DNA from: Eledone cirrhosa
Lineage: Eukaryota
Direction: 5' to 3'
DNA: 64,000 nt
Assembly (NCBI GenBank): GCA_964016885.1
Contig: OZ024744.1
Location: 12,896,001-12,960,000 of the forward strand
Shown here one piece after another: positions 1-12,000 of this stretch. The translations under genes were made by a program, and so were the position numbers. Position 1 is the stretch's first letter, and every line of letters begins with the position of its first letter. A model generated the notes under the pieces. That model made no database searches, was not told the DNA's origin, and saw only the letters and a list, made by a program, of their open reading frames with translations.

Positions 1-180
1 ACATCTCCAATACTATGGACATGGGGTTAGAATGTCTCAGTAGATCAGAGAGTCACTCCCTTTAAAGCTACTAGTTCTCTAAATTGAGAGATCACAACTC
101 CCATACCATGGACATGTGGTTAGAATGTCTCAGTAGATCAGAGAGTCACTCCACTTAAAGCCACTAATTCTCTAAATTGA

Positions 181-273
181 GAGATCACAACTCCAATACT
201 ACGGACATGTGGTTAGAATGTCTCAGTAGATCAGAGAGTCACTCCAGTTAAAGCCACTAATTCTCTAAATTGA
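181..273 (+). repeat. Representative 93-bp monomer (4-bp TAAT insertion form)
   Basis: Reads ...AAAGCCAC-TAAT-TCTCTAAA versus ...AAAGCCAC-TCTCTAAA in the 89-bp form. Insertion alleles TAGT, CAAT, TTAT and TATT are also seen. Confidence 0.97.
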
Positions 274-616
274 GAGATCACAACTCCCATACTATGGACA
301 TGTGGTTAGAATGTCTCAGTAGATCAGAGTGTCACTCCAGTTAAAGCTACTCTCTAAATTGAGAGATCACAACTCCAATACTATGGACATGTGGTTAGAA
401 TGTCTCAGTAGATCAGAGAGTCACTCCAGTTAAAGCTACTCTGTAAATTGAGAGATCACAACTCCCAAATAATGTACATGGGGTTAGAACGTCTCAGTAG
501 ATCAGAGAGTCACTCCAGTTAAAGCCACTCTCTAAATTGAGAGATCACAACTCCCATACTATGGTCATGTGGTTAGAATGTCTTAGTAGATCCGAGTGTC
601 ACTCCAGTTAAAGCCA

Positions 617-705
617 CTCTCTAAATTGAGAGATCACAACTCCCATACTATGGACATGTGGTTAGAATGTCTCAGTAGATCAGAGAGTCACTCCAGTTAA
701 AGCCA
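617..705 (+). repeat. Representative 89-bp monomer (majority form)
   Basis: CTCTCTAAATTGAGAGATCACAACTCCCATACTATGGACATGTGGTTAGAATGTCTCAGTAGATCAGAGAGTCACTCCAGTTAAAGCCA; the next copy starts at 706. Confidence 0.98.
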
Positions 706-3050
706 CTCTCTAAATTGAGAGATCACAACTCCCATACTATGGACATGTGGTTAGAATGTCTCAGTAGATCAGAGAGTCACTCCAGTTAAAGCCACTCTCT
801 AAATTGAGAGATCACAACTCCCATACTATGGACATGTAGTTAGAATGTCTCAGTAGATCAGAGAGTCACTCCAGTTAATGTCACTAATTCTCTAAATTGA
901 GAGATTTAACTTTCAATACTACAGACATGTGGTTAGAATGTCTCAGCAGATCAGAGAGTCAGTCCAGTTAAAGCAACTCTCTAAATTGAGAGATCACAAC
1001 TCCCATACGATGGACATGTGGTTAGAACGTCTCAGGAGATCAGAAAGTCACTCCAGTTCAAGCTACTCTCTAAATTGAGAGATCACTACTCCCATACTAT
1101 GGTCATGTGGTTAGAATGTCTCAGTAGATCAGTGTCACTCCAGTTAAAGCTACTAATTCTCTAAATTGAGAGATCACATCTCCAATACTATGGACATGGG
1201 GTTAGAATGTCTCAGTAGATCAGAGAGTCACTCCCTTTAAAGCTACTAGTTCTCTAAATTGAGAGATCACAACTCCCATACCATGGACATGTGGTTAGAA
1301 TGTCTCAGTAGATCAGAGTGTCACTCCAGTTAAAGCTACTCTCTAAATTGAGAGATCACAAGTCCCATACTATGGACATGTGGTTAGAATGTCTCAGTAG
1401 ATCAGAGTGTCACTCCAGTTAAAGCTACTCTCTAAATTGAGAGATCACAACTCCCATACTATGGACATGTAGTTAGAATGTCTCAGTAGATCAGAGTGTC
1501 ACTCCAGTTAATGTCACTAATTCTCTAAATTGAGAGATCAAACTTTCAATACTACAGACATGTGGTTAGAATGTCTCAGCAGATCAGAGAGTCAGTCCAG
1601 TTAAAGCAACTCTCTAAATTGAGAGATCACAACTCCCATACGATGGACATGTGGTTAGAATGTCTCAGGAGATCAGAAAGTTACTCCAGTTCAAGCTACT
1701 CTCTAAATTGAGAGATCACTACTCCCATACTATGGTCATGTGGTTAGAATGTCTCAGTAGATCAGAGTGTCACTCCAGTTAAAGCTACTAATTCTCTAAA
1801 TTGAGAGATCACATCTCCAATACTATGGACATGGGGTTAGAATGTCTCAGTAGATCAGAGAGTCACTCCAGTTAAAGCTACTAATTCTCTAAATTGAGAG
1901 TTCACAACTCCCATACTATGGACATGTGGTTAGAATGTCTCAGTAGATCAGAGTGTCACTCCAGTTAAAGCTACTCTCTAAATTGAGAGATCACAACTCC
2001 CATACTATGGACATGTGGTTGGAATGTCTCAGTAGATCAGAGTGTCACTCCAGTTAAAGCTACTAATTCTCTAAATTGAGAGATCACAACTCCAATACTA
2101 TGGACATGTGGTTAGAATGTCTCAGTAGATCAGAGAGTCACTCCAGTTAAAGCTACTCTGTAAATTGAAACATCACAACTCCAATACTATGGACATGTGG
2201 TTTGAATGTCTCAGTAGATCAGAGAGTCACTCCAGTTAAAGCTACTAATTCACTAAATTGAGAGATCACAACTCCCATACTATGGACATGTGGTTAGAAT
2301 GTCTCAGTAGATCAGAGAGTCACTCCACTTAAAGCCACTAATTCTCTAAATTGAGAGATCACAACTCCAATACTACGGACATGTGGTTAGAATGTCTCAG
2401 TAGATCAGAGAGTCACTCCAGTTAAAGCCACTAATTCTCTAAATTGAGAGATCACAACTCCCATACTATGGACATGTGGTTAGAATTTCTCAGTAGATCA
2501 GAGTGTCACTCCAGTTAAAGCTACTCTCTAAATTGAGAGATCACAACTCCAATACTATGGACATGTGGTTAGAATGTCTCAGTAGATCAGAGAGTCACTC
2601 CAGTTAAAGCTACTCTGTAAATTGAGAGATCACAACTCCCAAATAATGTACATGGGGTTAGAACGTCTCAGTAGATCAGAGAGTCACTCCAGTTAAAGCC
2701 ACTCTCTAAATTGAGAGATCACAACTCCCATACTATGGTCATGTGGTTAGAATGTCTTAGTAGATCCGAGTGTCACTCCAGTTAAAGCCACTCTCTAAAT
2801 TGAGAGATCACAACTCCCATACTATGGACATGTGGTTAGAATGTCTCAGTAGATCAGAGAGTCACTCCAGTTAAAGCCACTCTCTAAATTGAGAGATCAC
2901 AACTCCCATACTATGGACATGTGGTTAGAATGTCTCAGTAGATCAGAGAGTCACTCCAGTTAAAGCCACTCTCTAAATTGAGAGATCACAACTCCCATAC
3001 TATGGACATGTAGTTAGAATGTCTCAGTAGATCAGAGTGTCACTCCAGTT

Positions 3051-3090
3051 CAAGCTACTCTCTAAATTGAGAGATCACTACTCCCATACT
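3051..3090 (+). other. 40-bp out-of-register insertion copied from the array itself
   Basis: CAAGCTACTCTCTAAATTGAGAGATCACTACTCCCATACT lies between CCAGTT and AATGTCAC, which are contiguous in sister copies (871-885, ~4262-4276). It is identical to 3273-3312. Confidence 0.88.
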
Positions 3091-6000
3091 AATGTCACTA
3101 ATTCTCTAAATTGAGAGATTTAACTTTCAATACTACAGACATGTGGTTAGAATGTCTCAGCAGATCAGAGAGTCAGTCCAGTTAAAGCAACTCTCTAAAT
3201 TGAGAGATCACAACTCCCATACGATGGACATGTGGTTAGAACGTCTCAGGAGATCAGAAAGTCACTCCAGTTCAAGCTACTCTCTAAATTGAGAGATCAC
3301 TACTCCCATACTATGGTCATGTGGTTAGAATGTCTCAGTAGATCAGAGTGTCACTCCAGTTAAAGCTACTAATTCTCTAAATTGAGAGATCACATCTCCA
3401 ATACTATGGACATGGGGTTAGAATGTCTCAGTAGATCAGAGAGTCACTCCCTTTAAAGCTACTAGTTCTCTAAATTGAGAGATCACAACTCCCATACCAT
3501 GGACATGTGGTTAGAATGTCTCAGTAGATCAGAGAGTCACTCCACTTAAAGCCACTAATTCTCTAAATTGAGAGATCACAACTCCAATACTACGGACATG
3601 TGGTTAGAATGTCTCAGTAGATCAGAGAGTCACTCCAGTTAAAGCCACTAATTCTCTAAATTGAGAGATCACAACTCCCATACTATGGACATGTGGTTAG
3701 AATGTCTCAGTAGATCAGAGTGTCACTCCAGTTAAAGCTACTCTCTAAATTGAGAGATCACAACTCCAATACTATGGACATGTGGTTAGAATGTCTCAGT
3801 AGATCAGAGAGTCACTCCAGTTAAAGCTACTCTGTAAATTGAGAGATCACAACTCCCAAATAATGTACATGGGGTTAGAACGTCTCAGTAGATCAGAGAG
3901 TCACTCCAGTTAAAGCCACTCTCTAAATTGAGAGATCACAACTCCCATACTATGGTCATGTGGTTAGAATGTCTTAGTAGATCCGAGTGTCACTCCAGTT
4001 AAAGCCACTCTCTAAATTGAGAGATCACAACTCCCATACTATGGACATGTGGTTAGAATGTCTCAGTAGATCAGAGAGTCACTCCAGTTAAAGCCACTCT
4101 CTAAATTGAGAGATCACAACTCCCATACTATGGACATGTGGTTAGAATGTCTCAGTAGATCAGAGAGTCACTCCAGTTAAAGCCACTCTCTAAATTGAGA
4201 GATCACAACTCCCATACTATGGACATGTAGTTAGAATGTCTCAGTAGATCAGAGAGTCACTCCAGTTAATGTCACTAATTCTCTAAATTGAGAGATTTAA
4301 CTTTCAATACTACAGACATGTGGTTAGAATGTCTCAGCAGATCAGAGAGTCAGTCCAGTTAAAGCAACTCTCTAAATTGAGAGATCACAACTCCCATACG
4401 ATGGACATGTGGTTAGAACGTCTCAGGAGATCAGAAAGTCACTCCAGTTCAAGCTACTCTCTAAATTGAGAGATCACTACTCCCATACTATGGTCATGTG
4501 GTTAGAATGTCTCAGTAGATCAGTGTCACTCCAGTTAAAGCTACTAATTCTCTAAATTGAGAGATCACATCTCCAATACTATGGACATGGGGTTAGAATG
4601 TCTCAGTAGATCAGAGAGTCACTCCCTTTAAAGCTACTAGTTCTCTAAATTGAGAGATCACAACTCCCATACCATGGACATGTGGTTAGAATGTCTCAGT
4701 AGATCAGAGTGTCACTCCAGTTAAAGCTACTCTCTAAATTGAGAGATCACAAGTCCCATACTATGGACATGTGGTTAGAATGTCTCAGTAGATCAGAGTG
4801 TCACTCCAGTTAAAGCTACTCTCTAAATTGAGAGATCACAACTCCCATACTATGGACATGTAGTTAGAATGTCTCAGTAGATCAGAGTGTCACTCCAGTT
4901 AATGTCACTAATTCTCTAAATTGAGAGATCAAACTTTCAATACTACAGACATGTGGTTAGAATGTCTCAGCAGATCAGAGAGTCAGTCCAGTTAAAGCAA
5001 CTCTCTAAATTGAGAGATCACAACTCCCATACGATGGACATGTGGTTAGAATGTCTCAGGAGATCAGAAAGTTACTCCAGTTCAAGCTACTCTCTAAATT
5101 GAGAGATCACTACTCCCATACTATGGTCATGTGGTTAGAATGTCTCAGTAGATCAGAGTGTCACTCCAGTTAAAGCTACTAATTCTCTAAATTGAGAGAT
5201 CACATCTCCAATACTATGGACATGGGGTTAGAATGTCTCAGTAGATCAGAGAGTCACTCCCTTTAAAGCTACTAGTTCTCTAAATTGAGAGATCACAACT
5301 CCCATACTATGGACATGTGGTTAGAATGTCTCAGTAGATCAGAGTGTCACTCCAGTTAAAGCTACTCTCTAAATTGAGAGATCACAAGTCCCATACTATG
5401 GACATGTGGTTAGAATGTCTCAGTAGATCAGAGTGTCACTCCAGTTAAAGCTACTCTCTAAATTGAGAGATCACAACTCCCATACTATGGACATGTGGTT
5501 AGAATGTCTCAGTAGATCAGAGTGTCACTCCAGTTAAAGCTACTCTCTAAATTGAGAGATCACAAGTCCCATACTATGGACATGTGGTTAGAATGTCTCA
5601 GTAGATCAGAGTGTGACTCCAGTTAAAGCTACTAGTTCTCTAAATTGAGAGATCACAACTCCTATACTATGGACATGTGGTTAGAATGTCTCAGGAGTTC
5701 AGAGAGTCACTCCAGTTAAAGCTACTCTCTAAATTGAGAGATCACAACTCCCATACTATGGACATGTGGTTAGAATGTCTCAGTAGATCAGAGTGACACT
5801 CCAGTTAATGTCACTAATTCTCTAAATTGAGAGATCACAACTCCCATACTATGGACATGTGGTTAGAATGTCTCAGAAGATCAGAGTGTCACTCCAGTTA
5901 AAGCTACTCTCTGAATTGAGAGATCACAACTCCCATACTATGGATATGTGGTTAGAATGTCTCAGGAGATCAGAAAGTCACTCCAGTTCAAGCTACTCTC

Positions 6001-9000
6001 TGAATTGAGAGATCACTACTCACATACTATGGTCATGTGGTTAGAATGTCTCAGTAGATCAGAGTGTCACTCCAGTTCAAGCTACTCTCTAAATTGAGAG
6101 ATCACAACTCCAATACTATGGTCATGTGGTTAGAATGTCTCAGTAGATCAGAGTGTCACTCCAGTTAAAGCTACTCTCTAAATTGAGAGATCACAACTCC
6201 AATACTATGGACATGGGGTTAGAATGTCTCAGTAGATCAGAGTGTCACTCCAGTTAAAGCTAATCTCTAAATTGAGAGATCACAACTCCCATACTATGGA
6301 CATGGGGTTAGAATGTCTCAGTAGATCAGAGTGTCACTCCAGTTAAAGCTACTCTCTAAATTGAGAGATAACAACTCCAATACTACAGATATGTGGTTAG
6401 AATGTCTCAGTAGATCAGAGAGTCACTCCAGTTAAAGCCACTTATTCTCTAAATTGAGAGATCACAACTCCAATACTATGGTCATGTGGTTAGAATGTCT
6501 CAGTAGATCCGAGTGTCACTCCAGTTAAAGCCACTCTCTAAATTGAGAGATCACAACTCCCATACTATGGACATGGGGTTAGAATGTCTCAGTAGATCAG
6601 AGTGTCACTCCAGTTAAAGCTACTCTCTAAATTGAGAGATCACAACTCCAATACTATGGTCATGTGGTTAGAATGTCTCAGTAGATCAGAGTGTCACTCC
6701 AGTTAAAGCTACTCTCTAAATTGAGAGATCACAACTCCCATACTATGGACATGTGGTTAGAATGTCTCAGTAGATCAGAGAGTCACTCCAGTTAAAGCTA
6801 CTCTGTAAATTGAAACATCACAACTCCAATACTATGGACATGTGGTTTGAATGTCTCAGTAGATCAGAGAGTCACTCCAGTTAAAGCTACTAATTCACTA
6901 AATTGAGAGATCACAATTCCCATACTATGGACATGTGGTTAGAATGTCTCAGTAGATCAGAGAGTCACTCCAGTTAAAGCCACTCTCTAAATTGAGAGAT
7001 CACAACTCCAATACTATGGACATGGGGTTAGAATGTCTCAGTAGATCAGAGAGTCACTCCAGTTAAAGCTACTAATTCTCTAAATTGAGAGTTCACAACT
7101 CCCATACTATGGACATGTGGTTAGAATGTCTCAGTAGATCAGAGTGTCACTCCAGTTAAAGCTACTCTCTAAATTGAGAGATCACAACTCCCATACTATG
7201 GACATGTGGTTGGAATGTCTCAGTAGATCAGAGTGTCACTCCAGTTAAAGCCACTAATTCTCTAAATTGAGAGATCACAACTCCAATACTATGGACATGT
7301 GGTTAGAATGTCTCAGTAGATCAGAGAGTCACCCCAGTTAAAGCTACTCTGTAAATTGAAACATCACAACTCCAATACTATGGACATGTGGTTTGAATGT
7401 CTCAGTAGATCAGAGAGTCACTCCAGTTAAAGCTACTAATTCACTAAATTGAGAGATCACAACTCCCATACTATGGACATGTGGTTAGAATGTCTCAGTA
7501 GATCAGAGAGTCACTCCACTTAAAGCCACTCTCTAAATTGAGAGATCACAACTCCCATACTATGGACATGTGGTTAGAATGTCTCAGTAGATCATAGTGT
7601 CACTCCAGTTAAAGCTACTCTCTAAATTGAGAGATCTAAACTCCCATACTATGGTCATGTGGTTAGAATGTCTCAGTAGATCAGAGAGTCACTCCACTTA
7701 AAGCCACTAATTCTCTAAATTGAGAGATCACAACTCCCATACTATGGACATGTGGTTAGAATGTCTCAGTAGATCAGAGTGTCACTCCAGTTAAAGCTAC
7801 TCTCTAAATTGAGAGAGCACAACTCCAATACTATGGACATGTGGTTAGAATGTCTCAGTAGATCAGAGAGTCACTCCAGTTAAAGCTACTCTGTAAATTG
7901 AGAGATCACAACTCCCAAATAATGTACATGGGGTTAGAACGTCTCAGTAGATCAGAGAGTCACTCCAGTTAAAGCCACTCTCTAAATTGAGAGATCACAA
8001 CTCCCATACTATGGTCATGTGGTTAGAATGTCTTAGTAGATCCGAGTGTCACTCCAGTTAAAGCCACTCTCTAAATTGAGAGATCACAACTCCCATACTA
8101 TGGACATGTGGTTAGAACGTCTCAGTAGATCAGAGAGTCACTCCAGTTAAAGCCACTCTCTAAATTGAGAGATCACAACTCCCATACTATGGACATGTGG
8201 TTAGAATGTCTCAGCAGATCAGAGTTTCACTCCAGTTAGGGCTACTCTCTAAATTGAGCGATCACAACTCCCATACTATGGACATGTGGTTAGAATGTCT
8301 CAGTAGATCAGAGAGTCACTCCAGTTAAAGCTACTCTCTAAATTGAGAGATCACAACTCCCATACTATGGACATGTAGTTCGAATGTCTCAGTAGATCAG
8401 AGTGTGACTCCAGTTAAAGCTACTAGTTCTCTAAATTGAGAGATCACAACTCCCATACTATGGGCATGTGGTTAGAATGTCTCGGGAGTTCAGAGAGTCA
8501 CTCCAGTTAAAGCTACTCTCTAAATTGAGAGATCACAACTCCCATACTATGGACATGTAGTTAGAATGTCTCAGTAGATCAGAGTGTCACTCCAGTTAAT
8601 GTCACTAATTCTCTAAATTGAGAGATCAAAACTCCAATACTACAGACATGTGGTTAGAATGTCTCAGCAGATCAGAGAGTCACTCAAGTTAAAGCAACTC
8701 TCTAAATTGAGAGATCACAACTCCCATACTATGGACATGTGGTTAGAATGTCTCAGGAGATCAGAAAGTCACTCCAGTTCAAGCTACTCTCTAAATTGAG
8801 AGATCACAACTCCCATACTATGGTCATGTGTTTAGAATGTCTCAGTAGATCAGAGTGTCACTCCAGTTAAAGCTACTATTTCTCTAAATTGAGAGATCAC
8901 ATCTCCAATACTATGGACATGGGGTTAGAATGTCTCAGTAGATCAGAGAGTCACTTCCTTTAAAGCTACTAGTTCTCTAAATTGAGAGATCACAACTCCC

Positions 9001-12000
9001 ATACTATGGACATGTGGTTAGAATGTCTCAGTAGATCAGAGTGTCACTCCAGTTAAAGCTACTCTCTAAATTGAGAGATCACAAGTCCCATACTATGGAC
9101 ATGTGGTTAGAATGTCTCAGTAGATCAGAGTGTGACTCCAGTTAAAGCTACTAGTTCTCTAAATTGAGAGATCACAACTCCCATACTATGGGCATGTGGT
9201 TAGAATGTCTCAGGAGTTCAGAGAGTCACTCCAGTTAAAGCTACTCTCTAAATTGAGAGATCACAACTCCCATACTATGGACATGTAGTTAGAATGTCTC
9301 AGTAGATCAGAGTGTCACTCCAGTTAATGTCACTAATTCTCTAAATTGAGAGATCAAAACTCCAATACTACAGACATGTGGTTAGAATGTCTCAGCAGAT
9401 CAGAGAGTCACTCAAGTTAAAGCAACTCTCTAAATTGAGAGATCACAACTCCCATACTATGGACATGTGGTTAGAATGTCTCAGGAGTTCAGAGAGTCAC
9501 TCCAGTTAAAGCTACTCTCTAAATTGAGAGTTCACAACTCCCATACTAAGGACATGTGTTTAGAATGTCTCAGTAGATCAGAGTGTCACTCCAGTTAATG
9601 TCACTAATTCTCTAAATTGAGAGATCACAACTCCCATACTATGGACATGTGGTTAGAATGTCTCAGAAGATCAGAGTGTCACTCCAGTTAAAGCTACTCT
9701 CTAAATTGAGAGATCACAACTCCCATACTATGGACATGTGGTTAGAATGTCTCAGGAGATCAGAAAGTCACTCCAGTTCAAGCTACTCTCTGAATTGAGA
9801 GATCACTACTCCCATACTATGGTCATGGGGTTAGAATGTCTCAGTAGATCAGAGTGTCACTCCAGTTAAAGCCACTAATTCTTTAAATTGAGAGATCACA
9901 ACTCTGTTACTATGGACATGGGGTTAGAATGTCTCAGTAGATGAGAGTGTCACTCCAGTTAAAGCAACTAATACTCTAAATTGAGAGATCACAACTCCAA
10001 TACTATGGACATGGGGTTTGAATGTCTCAGTAGATCAGAGAGTCACTCCAGTTAAAGCTACTCTGTAAATTGAGAGATCACAACTCCCAAATAATGTACA
10101 TGGGGTTAGAACGTCTCAGTAGATCAGAGAGTCACTCCAGTTAAAGCCACTCTCTAAATTGAGAGATCACAACTCCCATACTATGGTCATGTGGTTAGAA
10201 TGTCTTAGTAGATCCGAGTGTCACTCCAGTTAAAGCTACTAATACTCTAAATTGAGAGATCACAACTCCAATACTATGGACATGGGGTTAGAATGTCTCA
10301 GTAGATCAGAGTGTCACTCCAGTTAAAGCTACTCTCTAAATTGAGAGATCACAACTCCCATACTATGGACATGGGGTTAGAATGTCTCAGTAGATCAGAG
10401 TGTCACTCCAGTTAAAGCTACTCTCTAAATTGAGAGATCACAACTCCAATACTATGGTCATTTGTTTAGAATGTCTCAGTAGATCAGAGTGTCACTCCAG
10501 TTAAAGCTACTCTCTAAATTGAGAGATCACAACTCCCATACTATGGACATGGGGTTAGAATGTCTCAGTAGATCAGAGTGTCACTCCAGTTAAAGCTACT
10601 CTCTAAATTGAGAGATCACAACTCCCATACTATGGACATGGGGTTAGAATGTCTCAGTAGATCAGAGTGTCACTCCAGTTAAAGCTACTCTCTAAATTGA
10701 GAGATCACAACTCCAATACTATGGTCATGTGGTTAGAATGTCTCAGTAGATCAGAGTGTCACTCCAGTTAAAGCTACTCTCTAAATTGAGAGATCACAAG
10801 TCCCATACTATGGACATGTGGTTAGAATGTCTCAGTTGATCAGAGTGTGACTCCAGTTAAAGCTACTAGTTCTCTAAATTGAGAGATCACAACTCCCATA
10901 CTATGGACATGTGGTTAGAATGTCTCAGGAGTTCAGAGAGTCACTCCAGTTAAAGCTACTAATTCTCTAAATTGAGAGATCACAACTCCCATACTATGGA
11001 CATGTGGTTAGAATGTCTCAGTAGAACAGAGAGTCACTCCACTTAAAGCCACTAATTCTCTAAATTGAGAGATCACAACTCCAATACTATGGACATGTGG
11101 TTAGAATGTCTCAGTAGAACAGAGAGTCACTCCACTTAAAGCCACTAATTCTCTAAATTGAGAGATCACAACTCCAATACTATGGACATATGGTTAGAAT
11201 GTCTCAGTAGATCAGAGTGTCACTCCAGTTAAAGCTACTCTTTAAATTGAGTGATCACAACTCCCATACTATGGATATGGGTTTAGAATGTCTCAGTAGA
11301 TCAGAGTGTCAATCCACTTAAAGCCACTCTCTAAATTGAGAGATCACAACTCCCATACTATGGACATGTGTTTAGAATGTCTCAGTAGATCAGAGTGTCA
11401 CTCAAGTTAAAGCTACTAATTCTCTAAATTGAGAGATCACAACTCCCATACTATGGACATGTGGTTAGAATGTCTCAGTAGATCAGAGTGTCACTCCAGT
11501 TAAAGCTACTAATTCTCTAAATTGAGAGATGACAACTCCCATACTATGGACATGTGGTTAGAATGTCTCAGTAGATCAGAGTGTCACTCCACTTAAAGCT
11601 ACTCTCTAAATTGAGAGATCACAACTCCCATACTATGGACATGTGGTTAGAATGTCTCAGTCGATCAGAGAGTCACTCCAGTTAAAACTACTAATTCTCT
11701 AAATTGAGGGATCACAACTCCGACACTATGGACATGTGGTTAGAATGTCTCAGTAGATCAGAGAGTCACTCCAGTTAAAGCAACTCTCTAAATTGAGAGA
11801 TCACAACTCCAATACTACAGATATGTGGTTAGAATGTCTCAGTAGATCAGAGAGTCACTCCAGTTAAAGCAACTCTCTAAATTGAGAGATCACAACTCTC
11901 ATACTATGGACATGTGGTTAGAATGTCTCAGGAGATCAGAAAGTCACTCCAGATAAAGCTACTAATTCTATAAATCGAGAGATCACAACTCTGTTACTAT

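Larger units (their letters stand above)
1..5260. repeat. Segmental duplication: 1-~1869 repeated at 3392-~5260 (offset 3391)
   Basis: Rare variants match at a constant offset: 471/3862 AATGTAC, 901/4292 GAGATTTAAC, 1131/4522 2-bp deletion, 1681/5072 TTACTCC, 1811/5202 ACATCTCC. Confidence 0.92.
1..10900. repeat. Variant domain A of the array
   Basis: Diagnostic alleles CACATCTCC, CCCTTTAAAG, ACTAGTTCTC, CCCAAATAATGTAC, TTAATGTCAC and CACAAGTCC are concentrated here. Boundary approximate. Confidence 0.75.

Noticed and set aside
23-31. Telomere-like GGGTTAG / GGGTTTAG / GGGGTT motif and G-quadruplex potential
   Set aside because: There is one partial copy per monomer and only in some alleles. 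It is never tandem, and G-runs are about 89 bp apart.
650-700. Mini-ORF MDMWLECLSRSESHSS* in each monomer (+ strand)
   Set aside because: Only 16 codons with no recognisable expression signals. Common alleles remove the first ATG (TACAG) or add a stop (TAGTTAG). An ORF this size is expected by chance.
617-705. Hammerhead-ribozyme satellite or retrozyme
   Set aside because: The consensus has no CUGANGA plus GAAA core on either strand; the closest minus-strand words are CTGATCT and CTGAGAC.
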